This document shows, in pieces, positions 1-10,477 of a DNA stretch of 64,000 nucleotides (positions are counted from its first letter, which is position 1; each line of letters begins with the position of its first letter). A model generated the notes under the pieces. It saw only the letters and a list, made by a program, of their open reading frames with translations. It made no database searches and was not told the origin of the DNA. Source of the stretch: a virus. Its lineage: Duplodnaviria; Caudoviricetes. Location of the stretch: IMG/VR virus record IMGVR_UViG_3300020050_006168, positions 1 through 64,000 of that record; one strand, written 5' to 3'. A program made the position numbers and the translations under genes.

Positions 1-57
1 ATCTTAGGTGCATCTAATTGACGTTGATATTCGTATAAATTACGGTCTAAGTCCGCT

Positions 58-180
58 TTACTTTTTTTGTCCATGTCCCAACATTTTCTTTAGTTTAGCA
101 AATTTATTATTCTTAGGGTACACTTCTTTTAAATTGGCACCCATGGTAGAATTAGAGTTAGATCCTTTGTATTCAGCCAT
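58..180 (-). CDS. small basic hypothetical protein (40 aa)
   Basis: Manually translated: MAEYKGSNSNSTMGANLKEVYPKNNKFAKLKKMLGHGQKK*; ATG overlaps the stop of the upstream gene. Confidence 0.5.
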   Translation of the reverse strand: MAEYKGSNSNSTMGANLKEVYPKNNKFAKLKKMLGHGQKK

Positions 181-635
181 TATTTACCCTTCATCACATT
201 CTTTAATAGTTTAAAGGTATCAGGTTCTTGATCATAATAAGGATTAGGATCAATAGCTTCTGGTATTTCTTTTCTAATAGCTTCATATTTTTTAGCATAT
301 TTAGAATTTTTTATCTTATCAAATTTCTCTTCTGGTGTATTATGTCCTTGGTTCCATAGGCCAGCGGCTAAAGTCTCGTCCTTATCTGCCTTTTTTAATA
401 CTTGTTCTGCCATTTTCTGAGCCAGTATATTAGGATCTGTTTGTTCAGCCAGTGCTGGATAACGTTTCTTTAGTTCATCCATTGTATTAGGCATCATACC
501 ATAGTCACCCTGAGCTTGATCTCCGGCGTGAATACCAGATTCAATTACAGGATGGTCTGTGTTCTGTCCTCCAGAACTTTCCATTTTTCCTATGTAGTGA
601 AGAAACCTAGCAATGTCATTTTTATCAACTGGCAT
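180..635 (-). CDS. lysozyme-like / lytic transglycosylase-fold protein (virion-associated or endolysin)
   Basis: Catalytic-Glu-like 'KMESSGG' followed by 'AQGDYGMMPNT', the pattern of SLT/goose-lysozyme-like folds. Confidence 0.6.
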   Translation of the reverse strand: MPVDKNDIARFLHYIGKMESSGGQNTDHPVIESGIHAGDQAQGDYGMMPNTMDELKKRYPALAEQTDPNILAQKMAEQVLKKADKDETLAAGLWNQGHNTPEEKFDKIKNSKYAKKYEAIRKEIPEAIDPNPYYDQEPDTFKLLKNVMKGK

Positions 636-745
636 ATATATATCCTATTAGTAATATGTTAGTTAATAATGAAATACCTAGTATAATTTTAAATCTAACG
701 GGATTTATCATTATATTAGCGTTAATTTTACCTTGTTGAGTTTGT

Positions 746-1249
746 CTAAACTTGGCCATTTTTAACCTTTACTAAAAATTCATAAACTTCATCTGGTGCA
801 ACTAGATTGGGTTCAGTTTCTGTCCATTTACCATAAACTTCAGCTAAAATATAATATAACCACTCAGAGCAATTTATTCCGTCATTAAATGGATTAGATT
901 TTAAATTTATTTTAATCTTGCTTAATAATCTAACGATTGCCAATCCGATATTTTGATAAAATCCATAGTGTTCGCCAGCATTATTATGACAATCCACCAT
1001 AAGTTCTTTATAAAGTTCTTCAGATATTTCAATTTCAAATTCATAAATAATTATATTATGTTTTAAAAAATTAGTTTCGGATATGTAAGTTAATCCTTTG
1101 CCAACAGCATGAAATATAGTGTAGTCTTTATACATAGGTTGCTTAAATTTAAAATATGTATGAGAAAACGGCTTATTCATAAACTTTTGTATAGCCTCAG
1201 ACCCTATAGCAAATCCTCTGTGTCTAGAAAATCCAATTGTTACTAACAC
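746..1249 (-). CDS. permuted papain-like (NlpC/P60, YiiX/YebB-type) amidase
   Basis: His near the N-terminus (PFSHTY) and Cys near the C-terminus (GINCSEW), i.e. circularly permuted catalytic dyad. Confidence 0.65.
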   Translation of the reverse strand: MLVTIGFSRHRGFAIGSEAIQKFMNKPFSHTYFKFKQPMYKDYTIFHAVGKGLTYISETNFLKHNIIIYEFEIEISEELYKELMVDCHNNAGEHYGFYQNIGLAIVRLLSKIKINLKSNPFNDGINCSEWLYYILAEVYGKWTETEPNLVAPDEVYEFLVKVKNGQV

Positions 1250-1257
1250 AAAAACTC

Positions 1258-1734
1258 CTATAGACCAAAAGTATTTTCAAAAGTATTAATTTGATCAATA
1301 ACATAATCAAAAATATCAGAATACTCAGTGTAGTATAATTTTAATTGAGAACAAGAAGCCCTAGCGGTACCTAACGCACCAGTTTCCATTAGAGATTTAA
1401 CTCCAATCAATTGCATTAACATGGCGGTAACTTCAGCCCCAGTTCTCTTAAGTATTTTATTTCTAGCACCAATCCTATTAATAGCAGTTCTTGATAATTT
1501 AATACCAAAATCTGTTTTTTTATCATTTAATTCTATTTCAAATGTTTCTAAATCTGTATTCTTGGGCAATTCTAAATTATTACGATTTAAAACATAACCT
1601 ACTGTTGGTTGAGGTATGATGTCAGTTACATCAATAACCATTTCATTTTTATTTATAACGTCGATTAAATTTTCATCTAATATGTCAATAACGCTAGTAA
1701 CTATATTTTTATTAATTAATGCATATTTAGCCAT
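1258..1734 (-). CDS. putative tail fibre assembly / tail-associated protein
   Basis: N-terminal 'MAKYALINKNIVTSVI' typical of tail-fibre chaperone-like proteins; position in tail module. Confidence 0.4.
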   Translation of the reverse strand: MAKYALINKNIVTSVIDILDENLIDVINKNEMVIDVTDIIPQPTVGYVLNRNNLELPKNTDLETFEIELNDKKTDFGIKLSRTAINRIGARNKILKRTGAEVTAMLMQLIGVKSLMETGALGTARASCSQLKLYYTEYSDIFDYVIDQINTFENTFGL

Positions 1735-2277
1735 TTATAAATCCTTTTTACTTATATCTAAAAACTCTACATCAGCTCTTAATCTCGTGATATTATCATA
1801 TACACCAAGATGATTTAGATAAACACGGTCTCTATAAGTAACACCAAGCCTAGTTAAGCTTCCCTCAATCATTATAGACTCACCGCCATCAAAATCAGTA
1901 GGTGCCAATGACGATAACAATACATTATTATAGAAATAATTATTAGCAAGCTGAGTACCAGAAACCGTAGATATCAGTACTTCAGTCCAATCAGGAGCTT
2001 GCACTCTATAAATTTTAAACACCCCGGTTCCTGCACTTGCCACTGACGCATTAAATGTATCATACAAATATCCTATAATTTGGATATTATCAAAAGATTG
2101 TTCATTAAATTTTGCTGTTAGTTTTAAAATTAAAACACTATTACTTAATTGACTGTTAGGACCAAATAAAAATTGCCAATCAGGATCGTTGTTCACTATG
2201 TAACGACTATCATGATCCATTTTAAGAATCTGATTATCATCTTGATCTTGTGCTACAAATCGTCTACTAATAGGCAT
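1735..2277 (-). CDS. virion structural protein (tail-associated)
   Basis: Beta-rich, in translationally coupled structural operon. Confidence 0.4.
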   Translation of the reverse strand: MPISRRFVAQDQDDNQILKMDHDSRYIVNNDPDWQFLFGPNSQLSNSVLILKLTAKFNEQSFDNIQIIGYLYDTFNASVASAGTGVFKIYRVQAPDWTEVLISTVSGTQLANNYFYNNVLLSSLAPTDFDGGESIMIEGSLTRLGVTYRDRVYLNHLGVYDNITRLRADVEFLDISKKDL

Positions 2278-2279
2278 AA

Positions 2280-3632
2280 TTAATTTCCAAGTAGTGTAAA
2301 CCCTTTATTACCAACTCTAGTTACACCACCAACAGTCATTGTTATTTTAGCGGTGTAATGAGTTAAATCTGTTAATAATACTGCACTAACTGGAGTTATT
2401 TTAAATAGTCCATTAGAATCTGCAGTCAATCCTGATTCTGTTAATCCAGAAACCGCAACCCCATCTTTATCATAAATCTGATAACTAGCTGTTCCAAGAA
2501 TTGCAGGTTGAGCAACCTCTCCGGCTTTTAGTGCCCAGAATGTTCCAAGCAGTTGATTTAAAGCATTTATTGAAAATTGCGCTTTTACTGTAAAATCTTC
2601 AGATTGTGGTTGAATAGTAATAAAGTCAGTTCTGGTTTGTCCATCAACAATAATTGTTAATAGAACCGAGTACCCAGCTCTTGGGTCTATTGGTCCAGGC
2701 AAAGCAAAAGGGGTAATAGAATAGACACCGTTAACATCAGCGGTTATACCAGATTGAGATAAACCAGAAATCACCGAACCTGAGGCAGAATACAGTTGAT
2801 AACCCCCCACTCCTAAATTCGAAGTGACAATCTTCTCATCTTTAGATACCCAAAAACTACCAGTTACTGTATTTGTATTATCCCTATATGAGATACCATT
2901 AATTTCATATGTTGGTTTTGTTTCTTCAATCTTAACATAATTAGTTCTTGCTTCACCATCAACTGATATTGTAACGGATACTAAATAGTGATCTAAATTT
3001 TCTGTTAGTAATGATGATACGGGTGTGATAATATATTGACCTTGAGCATTTGCAGAAAATCCAGACCCCGACATTCCGACAATAGCAGTTCCTGCTTTAT
3101 TGTATACTTGATAACTAGCAGTTCCTAAAACGGCACCAGGTGCAATAGCTAAACTGTTATTCTTATCTGCCCACAGGGTTCCCCTAAATTGATTGGATGA
3201 ATCAATAGAGAACGCGCCTTGAGTTTGGTAGACATCAATAGCAGTAAGGATTCCTGTAGAAATAACATTTAATGAAATTATATTATTATCTCTATTATTT
3301 ACACCATCTATAGCTCTAACGCCAACATAATAAGTTACTCCGTTTTGTAAAAAACTTCCATCAGGTAAACTAAAAATATCATATTGTAGATTAGGCGTGA
3401 TAGCTATGATATTAGTTGTTGAAAATAAACCAGTAGCGGTAGATGCTTTTATGTAAACTTCATATCGAATTGGTGGAGTTGGATCTGTGGCAGCAGACCA
3501 GCCAGCTCTAATCTGTCCCCTAGATTCAACATCAAGAAAATTAATACCAGAAAATGTTGGTGGGTTTAAATCTACTATGCATGCACTACTAGTGCCCTGG
3601 TAGAAACTGTCACTAATTAATATATTAGACAT
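2280..3632 (-). CDS. tail/adhesin protein with N-terminal fibronectin-III-like domain and three tandem ~105-aa beta repeats
   Basis: FN3-like 'AGWSAATD..IRYEVY..GVTYYVGVRAIDG'; three repeats of 'G(T/S)(L/F)W..K...LG(T/V)(A/G)(S/G)YQ(V/L/I)Y...G...SG..A...G.(Y/F).ITP'. Confidence 0.6.
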   Translation of the reverse strand: MSNILISDSFYQGTSSACIVDLNPPTFSGINFLDVESRGQIRAGWSAATDPTPPIRYEVYIKASTATGLFSTTNIIAITPNLQYDIFSLPDGSFLQNGVTYYVGVRAIDGVNNRDNNIISLNVISTGILTAIDVYQTQGAFSIDSSNQFRGTLWADKNNSLAIAPGAVLGTASYQVYNKAGTAIVGMSGSGFSANAQGQYIITPVSSLLTENLDHYLVSVTISVDGEARTNYVKIEETKPTYEINGISYRDNTNTVTGSFWVSKDEKIVTSNLGVGGYQLYSASGSVISGLSQSGITADVNGVYSITPFALPGPIDPRAGYSVLLTIIVDGQTRTDFITIQPQSEDFTVKAQFSINALNQLLGTFWALKAGEVAQPAILGTASYQIYDKDGVAVSGLTESGLTADSNGLFKITPVSAVLLTDLTHYTAKITMTVGGVTRVGNKGFTLLGN

Positions 3633-3634
3633 TT

Positions 3635-5710
3635 TTAACTCTCTTTCAATCCAGGCCTAATATCAACACCAGGAGGAGACGTAAATGAATACCTAACTAA
3701 CGTACCTACTGTATTTGGAATAGTTCCTAGTGGTAACCAGGTTGTTCCATTATTTGTGGAATATTCAAAATTAGCAGCATTAGCTACTGTATTATTGTTA
3801 ATTAATAATGCATCAGATAAATCATATGCTCTAAAAAATAATTGTGGAACCGATGTGGAATATGCTAACTTTAATCTAAACGCGCAACGAGAAGGAACAT
3901 TATTATCAGAAAAATCATCACTAAATTCCCAATTAGTAGAAATTCCGTTATTTGCATCAAGCCCAATTAATAGCTCACTTACTTGTGCCGGGCTAGAGCT
4001 ACCTTCTGTCTGCATATTAAAAGATATTTTAAATTGAATCTGATTACTGCTGATAACTAAGGTATTTAAATCTGTATAGGAAGGGACATCAATCCATCCA
4101 CCAGAGACAGAACCAAATCCTGAAGTTCTATATTGTAATTTAATATTCCCAGTAGAATCCCACAGTTGTTCGTATGTTGTATAAAATTGTAATTTTGAAT
4201 TTAAATTGTCTAGGACCTTTGTTACTATATAAGAATAATCATTTGATGAATCTGATCTAAAATCAGAAGTAATGATACCTCTTTGTCCAATAGTATTACC
4301 TGCAGCAAAAATCCAGCCGTCTCGTCTAGTCAAAGCCGCAACAGTTACAAGACCCAATTCAACAGTATCAAAACTAAAGCCTTCATAGTATTGATTATTT
4401 AATTCACCAGTTATAGTTCTAATTACGTTATTTTCTAATTTTTTAGAAACGAATTTAGAAATATTTGTTACATAAATAGCTTGATCTAATATATTTGACC
4501 AGGTAGCAAATGCGGTAGTAGGTGCTGTGATTTGATTAACAGTACCTAAAATATTCGAAGTAGATAAAGATGCCCAAGCTGTAGCACCAGGAGTTAGTTG
4601 CGAAGTTAATCCTAAATATAAGGCAGTTGATGTTGCTAAAAATATACAATCATTACCGTTTAAAACTCCACCATTAATAGGAGAAGATACTGGAACTGCG
4701 TATTCTTCTGAGTCATTTGCTAATAAAGTTCCGGCTAAGGCTGGAAGATTGCCAGTTTTATGTACAAAATTTGAACCTGTTGTACCAAATGCCCTACCGA
4801 TAGCAACACCGACAGCAGGAGAACCAGTAGTATTAATCGAAGCACCTCCTGTTGTTGCTGATAATTCGTAACTAACACCGGCAACTGGATTTCTGACAAA
4901 ATAAGTAGTACCGACAGTTAACCCTGTAGGCAAAGGACCTGACGTAAAAACAACCGGAGTGTTTACTGCAAAAATGTGTCCAGTATCTGTAACAACTCCA
5001 GGAGATGCAACAGAAACATTCACTGTATTTGTGGTATACGTAGGGGATGTAGCAGTATCATATACATAATATTGGTGAGTTGCAGCAACACCGTTGTGCA
5101 CATACAGTCTATTAGTTCCTGAAACATAACTAGAACCAACAGATGCAATATTTAATTGTCCCGCTCCAATATTTGCAGGATCTTGTAAAAAATAAACCGC
5201 TTTTGTATTCGAAGCCGTTGCAAAAGGGATTGTTGTTCCTGCTGGAATAAAGTCTGCTTTATCAATATTATTAATTAAAAACACACCGCCATTAATAACA
5301 ACAGTTCCTGTAGTAGTTAAAAATAATTTCCACCCGGTGTTTGTTGCGTCATTTGTAACTCTTAATGATCTAATAGTATGTGTTGTTGCTGCAGTATTAG
5401 GAACGGTAACATTAATTCTACCTACGTAAGAAAAAGCGCCTGTTGCTAAAGTGAAATCGTATAATAAAATTGGTATATTACCGGCAGTAGGTGCACCACA
5501 AACAAAAAGTCTATTGTTATCAGTAACCCAAATAGCGCCAGTTGGTGTTTGTCCGGTATCACTAAATACATCTATGAATTTAGTTAAAGGGGGGCCAAGT
5601 ACTGTGTTCCCTGAAATGACTTTAGACGACACTCGACCCTGAATTGTGGTTCTGGTCTGGTCATATGTTCCACCAACAGAAGTTAACAGGTCGCTCTTTA
5701 TGAATCTCAT
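3635..5710 (-). CDS. tail fibre / receptor-binding protein
   Basis: 691 aa, Thr/Gly/Ser-rich beta protein; internal 'SPGVVT..GH..AVNTPVVFTSG.LPTGL..GTTYFV' module seen in phage tail proteins. Confidence 0.55.
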   Translation of the reverse strand: MRFIKSDLLTSVGGTYDQTRTTIQGRVSSKVISGNTVLGPPLTKFIDVFSDTGQTPTGAIWVTDNNRLFVCGAPTAGNIPILLYDFTLATGAFSYVGRINVTVPNTAATTHTIRSLRVTNDATNTGWKLFLTTTGTVVINGGVFLINNIDKADFIPAGTTIPFATASNTKAVYFLQDPANIGAGQLNIASVGSSYVSGTNRLYVHNGVAATHQYYVYDTATSPTYTTNTVNVSVASPGVVTDTGHIFAVNTPVVFTSGPLPTGLTVGTTYFVRNPVAGVSYELSATTGGASINTTGSPAVGVAIGRAFGTTGSNFVHKTGNLPALAGTLLANDSEEYAVPVSSPINGGVLNGNDCIFLATSTALYLGLTSQLTPGATAWASLSTSNILGTVNQITAPTTAFATWSNILDQAIYVTNISKFVSKKLENNVIRTITGELNNQYYEGFSFDTVELGLVTVAALTRRDGWIFAAGNTIGQRGIITSDFRSDSSNDYSYIVTKVLDNLNSKLQFYTTYEQLWDSTGNIKLQYRTSGFGSVSGGWIDVPSYTDLNTLVISSNQIQFKISFNMQTEGSSSPAQVSELLIGLDANNGISTNWEFSDDFSDNNVPSRCAFRLKLAYSTSVPQLFFRAYDLSDALLINNNTVANAANFEYSTNNGTTWLPLGTIPNTVGTLVRYSFTSPPGVDIRPGLKES

Positions 5711-5719
5711 TTTATCTCC

Positions 5720-6640
5720 TTAAACTATTACCCAAGGACTATTTGTCCTTCGATATTTATTTCCATCTAATACGTAATTAAAATCTCTTCTTATTGTAAT
5801 TCCCGGAAAAGTAGCACTTGTGTAATCAACTCTAGTGATTCTTTGTGTTTTTGTTCCGAAATCGGCGTAAGTGTAAGTATCTACTCTATCATGAGATTCT
5901 AACACTTGTTGTCTTTCATTATTAACAAAAGTATATTCTGTTCCACCAGCTAAGCCATCCTTAGTTCCAGAAACTTTAAAAGGTTCATTTCCTAAATTAA
6001 CACTTAAAGGTGATTGATCACTAGCAAAAACAACAGGAATTGATTGAGCTGAAACTTTTTGACCTTGAGTTGGTATTTTAGAATCAATACTAGAAATACC
6101 AGGCACCGTAATAGAATCTGTTATAGATGAAATTACTCTAATATTTTGAGCATCAGACGGTTCTGTCTTTTGTTGTAGTTCAGTAAGAACGCTAACTAGG
6201 GTAGTTTCTGTTGCCGCACCTAATGGTAATGGTAAATTAGCATTCATCAGATTAACATCAAGACCTGTTTTAGGTCCGGTTGTTGTGCTAGTAAAAAATA
6301 CACTACCATCGCCAAGTCTTATACTGTCTTCAGTATGATCAATAATAACAGATGCGTTAATAGATCCGTCTGCATTAACTGCAAGAATATTAGATCCATT
6401 TTTAATTTCAATTTGTTTATCAATAAGGTTTACATCAAGCCCATTTTTACCAGATAACTGAGTGCTAGTTAAAAAACTAGTTCCATCTCCTAATCGGATG
6501 CTATCAGTAAAATGATCAATCTCTACTTGAAGTCCTGGAGCAATAATTGCAGTGGCTGAAGTCCTAATAGTCTGAGTTACGGGATCATGAATATCTCGTA
6601 AAACATTTTCTCCACTAAGATTACTGGTAGGAAAAGCCAT
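5720..6640 (-). CDS. virion structural protein with internal duplication
   Basis: Two copies of 'IDH..DSIRLGDG..F.TST...(G/P)K.GLDVNL'; lies directly after portal. Confidence 0.45.
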   Translation of the reverse strand: MAFPTSNLSGENVLRDIHDPVTQTIRTSATAIIAPGLQVEIDHFTDSIRLGDGTSFLTSTQLSGKNGLDVNLIDKQIEIKNGSNILAVNADGSINASVIIDHTEDSIRLGDGSVFFTSTTTGPKTGLDVNLMNANLPLPLGAATETTLVSVLTELQQKTEPSDAQNIRVISSITDSITVPGISSIDSKIPTQGQKVSAQSIPVVFASDQSPLSVNLGNEPFKVSGTKDGLAGGTEYTFVNNERQQVLESHDRVDTYTYADFGTKTQRITRVDYTSATFPGITIRRDFNYVLDGNKYRRTNSPWVIV

Positions 6641-8655
6641 TATTTAACATTTCCCATTGCTTGTTGTTGAAGTTCTGGATTCTGTAATGCTTCTGCCGGT
6701 ACTGTAGGCATCTGCGGCATTCCTGGAGCTTCTGCAGCGCTAGGCACAGCACCTTCAGGCCCTTGCTGAGCATTTGGTGCCTGAGAATTATTCGGTTGGT
6801 TCTGGTCTGGAGTAGTAGGGGACCCGCCAACAGGACCAAGAGGTTGCTCACCAATAATTTGTAGTAATGATGGATCAACTTCACGTAAAAAAGTAATGTG
6901 TTCATTAATATGATTAAGAACTGAAGTTGTTAATTTCTGATCTTTTCTTAATTCTGGATCAGCTAATACTCCTCTGTGAGCTTTAATGTGTTTTAAATGC
7001 TCATCAATAGCTAAAGCTTGAATCTCATCTCCTGCTGAAAGTTTTTCATTCTCACTTTCAATTAAAAGAAGTTCTCTTTGACCTTCATCAGTCATTACAT
7101 CAAGTTGTCCTGTTGTAAGAACAGTGAAGTATTGTTCCGGAGTCTTTACAATTCCGTATTGGATAAGTTGAGATGCCATTTCCATTTTACCAGCAGTTGT
7201 TCTAGCAATTGGATTACCCATATCAACGATTACTCGATTAACTTGAGATAAATCATCGCCTGTAAACTCAGCGGCAACGTAAGAGCTGTTAGATTTACCA
7301 GCAATCATTGCGATTCTAGGAACTGCTGCGAAGTCTTTAAGCATATTAACAAGACCAGTACCAACATCCTCAATCAACTCAACGTATTGTTGTTGCAATC
7401 CTGAGATAAACTGTAATGCCATAGATTGAACTAGGGCCAAAGCAGTTCCTGATTTAAGAGAAGCTTCCGGATTACCACGAGCAACGCTGTTCACTCCTGA
7501 AATAACTTCCATTTGACTTTCTAACATTTGTAAGAAATCAAACACTTCTTTTGGTGTACTAGTGAGATTCATAGCTTCTGGTTTACCAGCTCCGCTATTA
7601 CCTTCAATAATATTTAATCCACCTTCAAGGCTTTTAAATGAAACGTCAGCATTACGAGGAATATAAATATTCTGAACACCAAACGCTTGTTGATTAGTTA
7701 GAATTGTGCTATATAAAGAATTAATTGCGTCTTGAATTGGCAATAAATCGAACATAGGTGTATAACCATATGGTGTACCAAGAATATCTGAAGGAGAAAT
7801 ACGGTATACTGGTAATTGTCTATATGGCATTGGGCTATCAATAAGAACTAGCTTACTATCAAGGAACATCATGTATCTACCTTCAGGCATAGACTCAGTT
7901 CTCTTGTGATAAAACTCATAAACTGGAACATCTGATGTATCATCAAAGGTGGACATCTCTAAACGAAACTTAAATAGATCGGATTTAGTTTGAAGCCCTT
8001 TAATTTTATCAGCAAGTTCTGGATATTTAGCGGCTAGATCAAATTTATTTTTAAAACTGCGACAAACAACCCAGTCATGGTTCTGACTTTCTTTAGTTGT
8101 GTCAAATACTACATCATATGGAGATAAGTTGTAGAATTCTACATCGCCTTCATAGATTGGTGTTCCCAATTCATCATTAATGTCGTATACTTCACCACCA
8201 GTAGCGTTCCAATCCATTTTAATATAACCAGTTCCAAGAACAATAGCATATTCAACAGCTTGTTGGAGGTTTCTTTCAAGTCTTTTTTCTCTCATGTAGT
8301 AATCAAGTAGCTGATTTGCCAGCTTTGCTTGAACTAATGATTTATAATCTTTATTTGTGGCTCTAGCTTGGAATGCTGGGCGATTTGCCGTGATCATTCT
8401 AAGGATGTGTTGAGCAATATTACGTAAATGATTGACTGCAAGCTGCGTAAGCTCACCTTGTTCACCGCTAAATTGAATTTTATGAGCACCGTTAATAGAA
8501 GAGTAGTATGCACCATGGTATGCGGTCCACATTTCTCGAACTTTGCCAAGGTATCCGTTATTATGCAACTCATTATACCATGAATTTGCCTTAGTTAGGA
8601 TAATCTCGGCGGTCTTATCCGCTTCTTGGGATGCAAAATACACTGTATTAGACAT
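6640..8655 (-). CDS. portal protein (head-tail connector)
   Basis: 671 aa, immediately downstream of terminase; helical N-terminus, 'GTGYIKMDW', 'SGVNSVARG', Pro/Gln-rich C-terminal tail typical of podovirus portals. Confidence 0.8.
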   Translation of the reverse strand: MSNTVYFASQEADKTAEIILTKANSWYNELHNNGYLGKVREMWTAYHGAYYSSINGAHKIQFSGEQGELTQLAVNHLRNIAQHILRMITANRPAFQARATNKDYKSLVQAKLANQLLDYYMREKRLERNLQQAVEYAIVLGTGYIKMDWNATGGEVYDINDELGTPIYEGDVEFYNLSPYDVVFDTTKESQNHDWVVCRSFKNKFDLAAKYPELADKIKGLQTKSDLFKFRLEMSTFDDTSDVPVYEFYHKRTESMPEGRYMMFLDSKLVLIDSPMPYRQLPVYRISPSDILGTPYGYTPMFDLLPIQDAINSLYSTILTNQQAFGVQNIYIPRNADVSFKSLEGGLNIIEGNSGAGKPEAMNLTSTPKEVFDFLQMLESQMEVISGVNSVARGNPEASLKSGTALALVQSMALQFISGLQQQYVELIEDVGTGLVNMLKDFAAVPRIAMIAGKSNSSYVAAEFTGDDLSQVNRVIVDMGNPIARTTAGKMEMASQLIQYGIVKTPEQYFTVLTTGQLDVMTDEGQRELLLIESENEKLSAGDEIQALAIDEHLKHIKAHRGVLADPELRKDQKLTTSVLNHINEHITFLREVDPSLLQIIGEQPLGPVGGSPTTPDQNQPNNSQAPNAQQGPEGAVPSAAEAPGMPQMPTVPAEALQNPELQQQAMGNVK

Positions 8656-8682
8656 TAAAACTCCTGAACTATATGTTATTCT

Positions 8683-10161
8683 TTACCATCTACGACCAAC
8701 CTTACGACCGGCTTTAGTTTTAAATATATTAACTATACCTTGTTCTAATTCTGTCTTAGGTTCACCGGCTTTTTCATTTGTAAATATAGAAGCGTGGCTG
8801 TTGGCAAGCTGGTAGTTAGCTGGATATGGATTTTTGTTAAAATTGATGTTTCGACATAGGTATTTTAAGGCGTCAACTGCATCGTAGTGACCCTGATCCC
8901 CACTTCTAGCGTAAGAAGTACGGGCTTTATTCCAAATTGCTGACTTTAAATGAAATATAAGCGTTTTACAGCGAGGATTTATGAATAATCGCTCAGATTT
9001 AAGCAACATTCGCATGTTATTAAGTGCAGCATCGGCATTATCTTTAAGAGTCGGGACAAAAGTAAGCTTGTGCTTAGCACCTAGATCATTTAATAGTATA
9101 AGATTGTTATTATCAGATACCCTTAAGTGAGGAATCTTCTGTTCTCCTGTTATGGGGCTTGTCCATATAGCCTGTTCTTTGCTCTTTATAAGCGCAGCAA
9201 GGCTATCTGTAAGCATTTTCTTACCAGATAGTACAATCTCATCCTCTACTATGATCTTGCCTTGTAGGAAGTCGTAATAGGCAAATAAACAAACAGTCAA
9301 ATCGTTTACCCCGATATCCATAGCAACATAGGCGTCATAGTACGCCGGTATTGGGTGAGGCTTCACTATCTTATCCTGAAGTTCTTGATTAAATTCAGGA
9401 ATTACTGCGTCTTCTTCAGAAGTAATCATCTCAACTAAATATTCTCTTCTAAAATCAACGCTCTCTTTACCGCCAAGAGCCTCAGCAATTTGATCAATAT
9501 CTGATGCATTCAACCTGGGATTGTCATAAATGGTTTTTTTAACAAATCTATTCTCGGCTTCTGCGTGTTTCATAAAGGTCATGAATGGATGATCTGGGGA
9601 CTTAGATGGAGTAGATGCCATTACAATCTTACCGCCAGTTGTTGTTGTGGTTGGGATAAGAATAGATTTAACGATATAATCTAGGTCATCACAGAACCCA
9701 GCTTCGTCTATAATGCATAAGTGGGCTTTATTACCACGAATAGATTCTGCGTGACCATTTTCAGTACCGGCCAATTGAATTTCACTACCATTAGCGAATC
9801 TAAAAATATGATCTTGAGTATTATATGTGGGTTTTAAATCATTAGGGCAGTCTGCAGTAATTTCTCTGATGAGAGGAGAGACAATTCGCTTAATGTCTTT
9901 AACTGTAGGTGCAATAAACTTAACAATTGAATATTTTTGTTTTAGACATTGTTCAATTGCAAGACTTACTAGGAAAAAGGTCTTACCTAACTGACGAGAA
10001 GAGCCAATCACGGTAATTTTATTACTACCATTGACTACGAAATCATGCATTTCTAGTTGATTTTTATCTAATTTCCAAGTAATTATAGCTCTACGCCATA
10101 ATTGATCTACAGCATCTTTTCTACTGATCGTCTTCTTGGGACTTCCTGGCGATTGCGACAA
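8683..10161 (-). CDS. terL: terminase large subunit
   Basis: Walker A-like 'SSRQLGKT', Walker B 'CIIDEAGF', coupling motif 'ASTP', RNase H-like nuclease 'AMDIGVND' and C-terminal 'DAVDAL'. Confidence 0.9.
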   Translation of the reverse strand: MSQSPGSPKKTISRKDAVDQLWRRAIITWKLDKNQLEMHDFVVNGSNKITVIGSSRQLGKTFFLVSLAIEQCLKQKYSIVKFIAPTVKDIKRIVSPLIREITADCPNDLKPTYNTQDHIFRFANGSEIQLAGTENGHAESIRGNKAHLCIIDEAGFCDDLDYIVKSILIPTTTTTGGKIVMASTPSKSPDHPFMTFMKHAEAENRFVKKTIYDNPRLNASDIDQIAEALGGKESVDFRREYLVEMITSEEDAVIPEFNQELQDKIVKPHPIPAYYDAYVAMDIGVNDLTVCLFAYYDFLQGKIIVEDEIVLSGKKMLTDSLAALIKSKEQAIWTSPITGEQKIPHLRVSDNNNLILLNDLGAKHKLTFVPTLKDNADAALNNMRMLLKSERLFINPRCKTLIFHLKSAIWNKARTSYARSGDQGHYDAVDALKYLCRNINFNKNPYPANYQLANSHASIFTNEKAGEPKTELEQGIVNIFKTKAGRKVGRRW

Positions 10162-10477
10162 GCTCGGCCTCTTTTATATTTCTATAGTCTTTATGGTCAA
10201 TCGTTTCTGTGGATTGATCCTTAATAAGACGTAGGTTTTTAATAAGAATGTCTAGACGTTTAACTTCATCTAAACTTAATTCTCGGTCTGCTGACTTTCT
10301 TTTAATTAATGAGATTTGTTCTATACAAATTAGTTCTTCAGGAGAAGATGCTGAGTGTGATGTATAGAGGACAGTTTCTAATTGCTTAATTTTAACTTTA
10401 AGAATATCATTTTCTTGACGTAATTCATCAACAATCTGTTCTTTTTGTTTTTTAGCAACTACTTTAATATCATCCAT
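10121..10477 (-). CDS. putative terminase small subunit
   Basis: Helical 118-aa protein directly upstream of and overlapping terL; positional inference only. Confidence 0.4.
   Translation of the reverse strand: MDDIKVVAKKQKEQIVDELRQENDILKVKIKQLETVLYTSHSASSPEELICIEQISLIKRKSADRELSLDEVKRLDILIKNLRLIKDQSTETIDHKDYRNIKEAELVAIARKSQEDDQ

Noticed and set aside
3756-8815. Plus-strand ORFs 1616-1813, 3756-4037, 5451-5642, 6621-6905, 8543-8815
   Set aside because: Antisense shadows of long structural genes with no RBS or recognisable motifs
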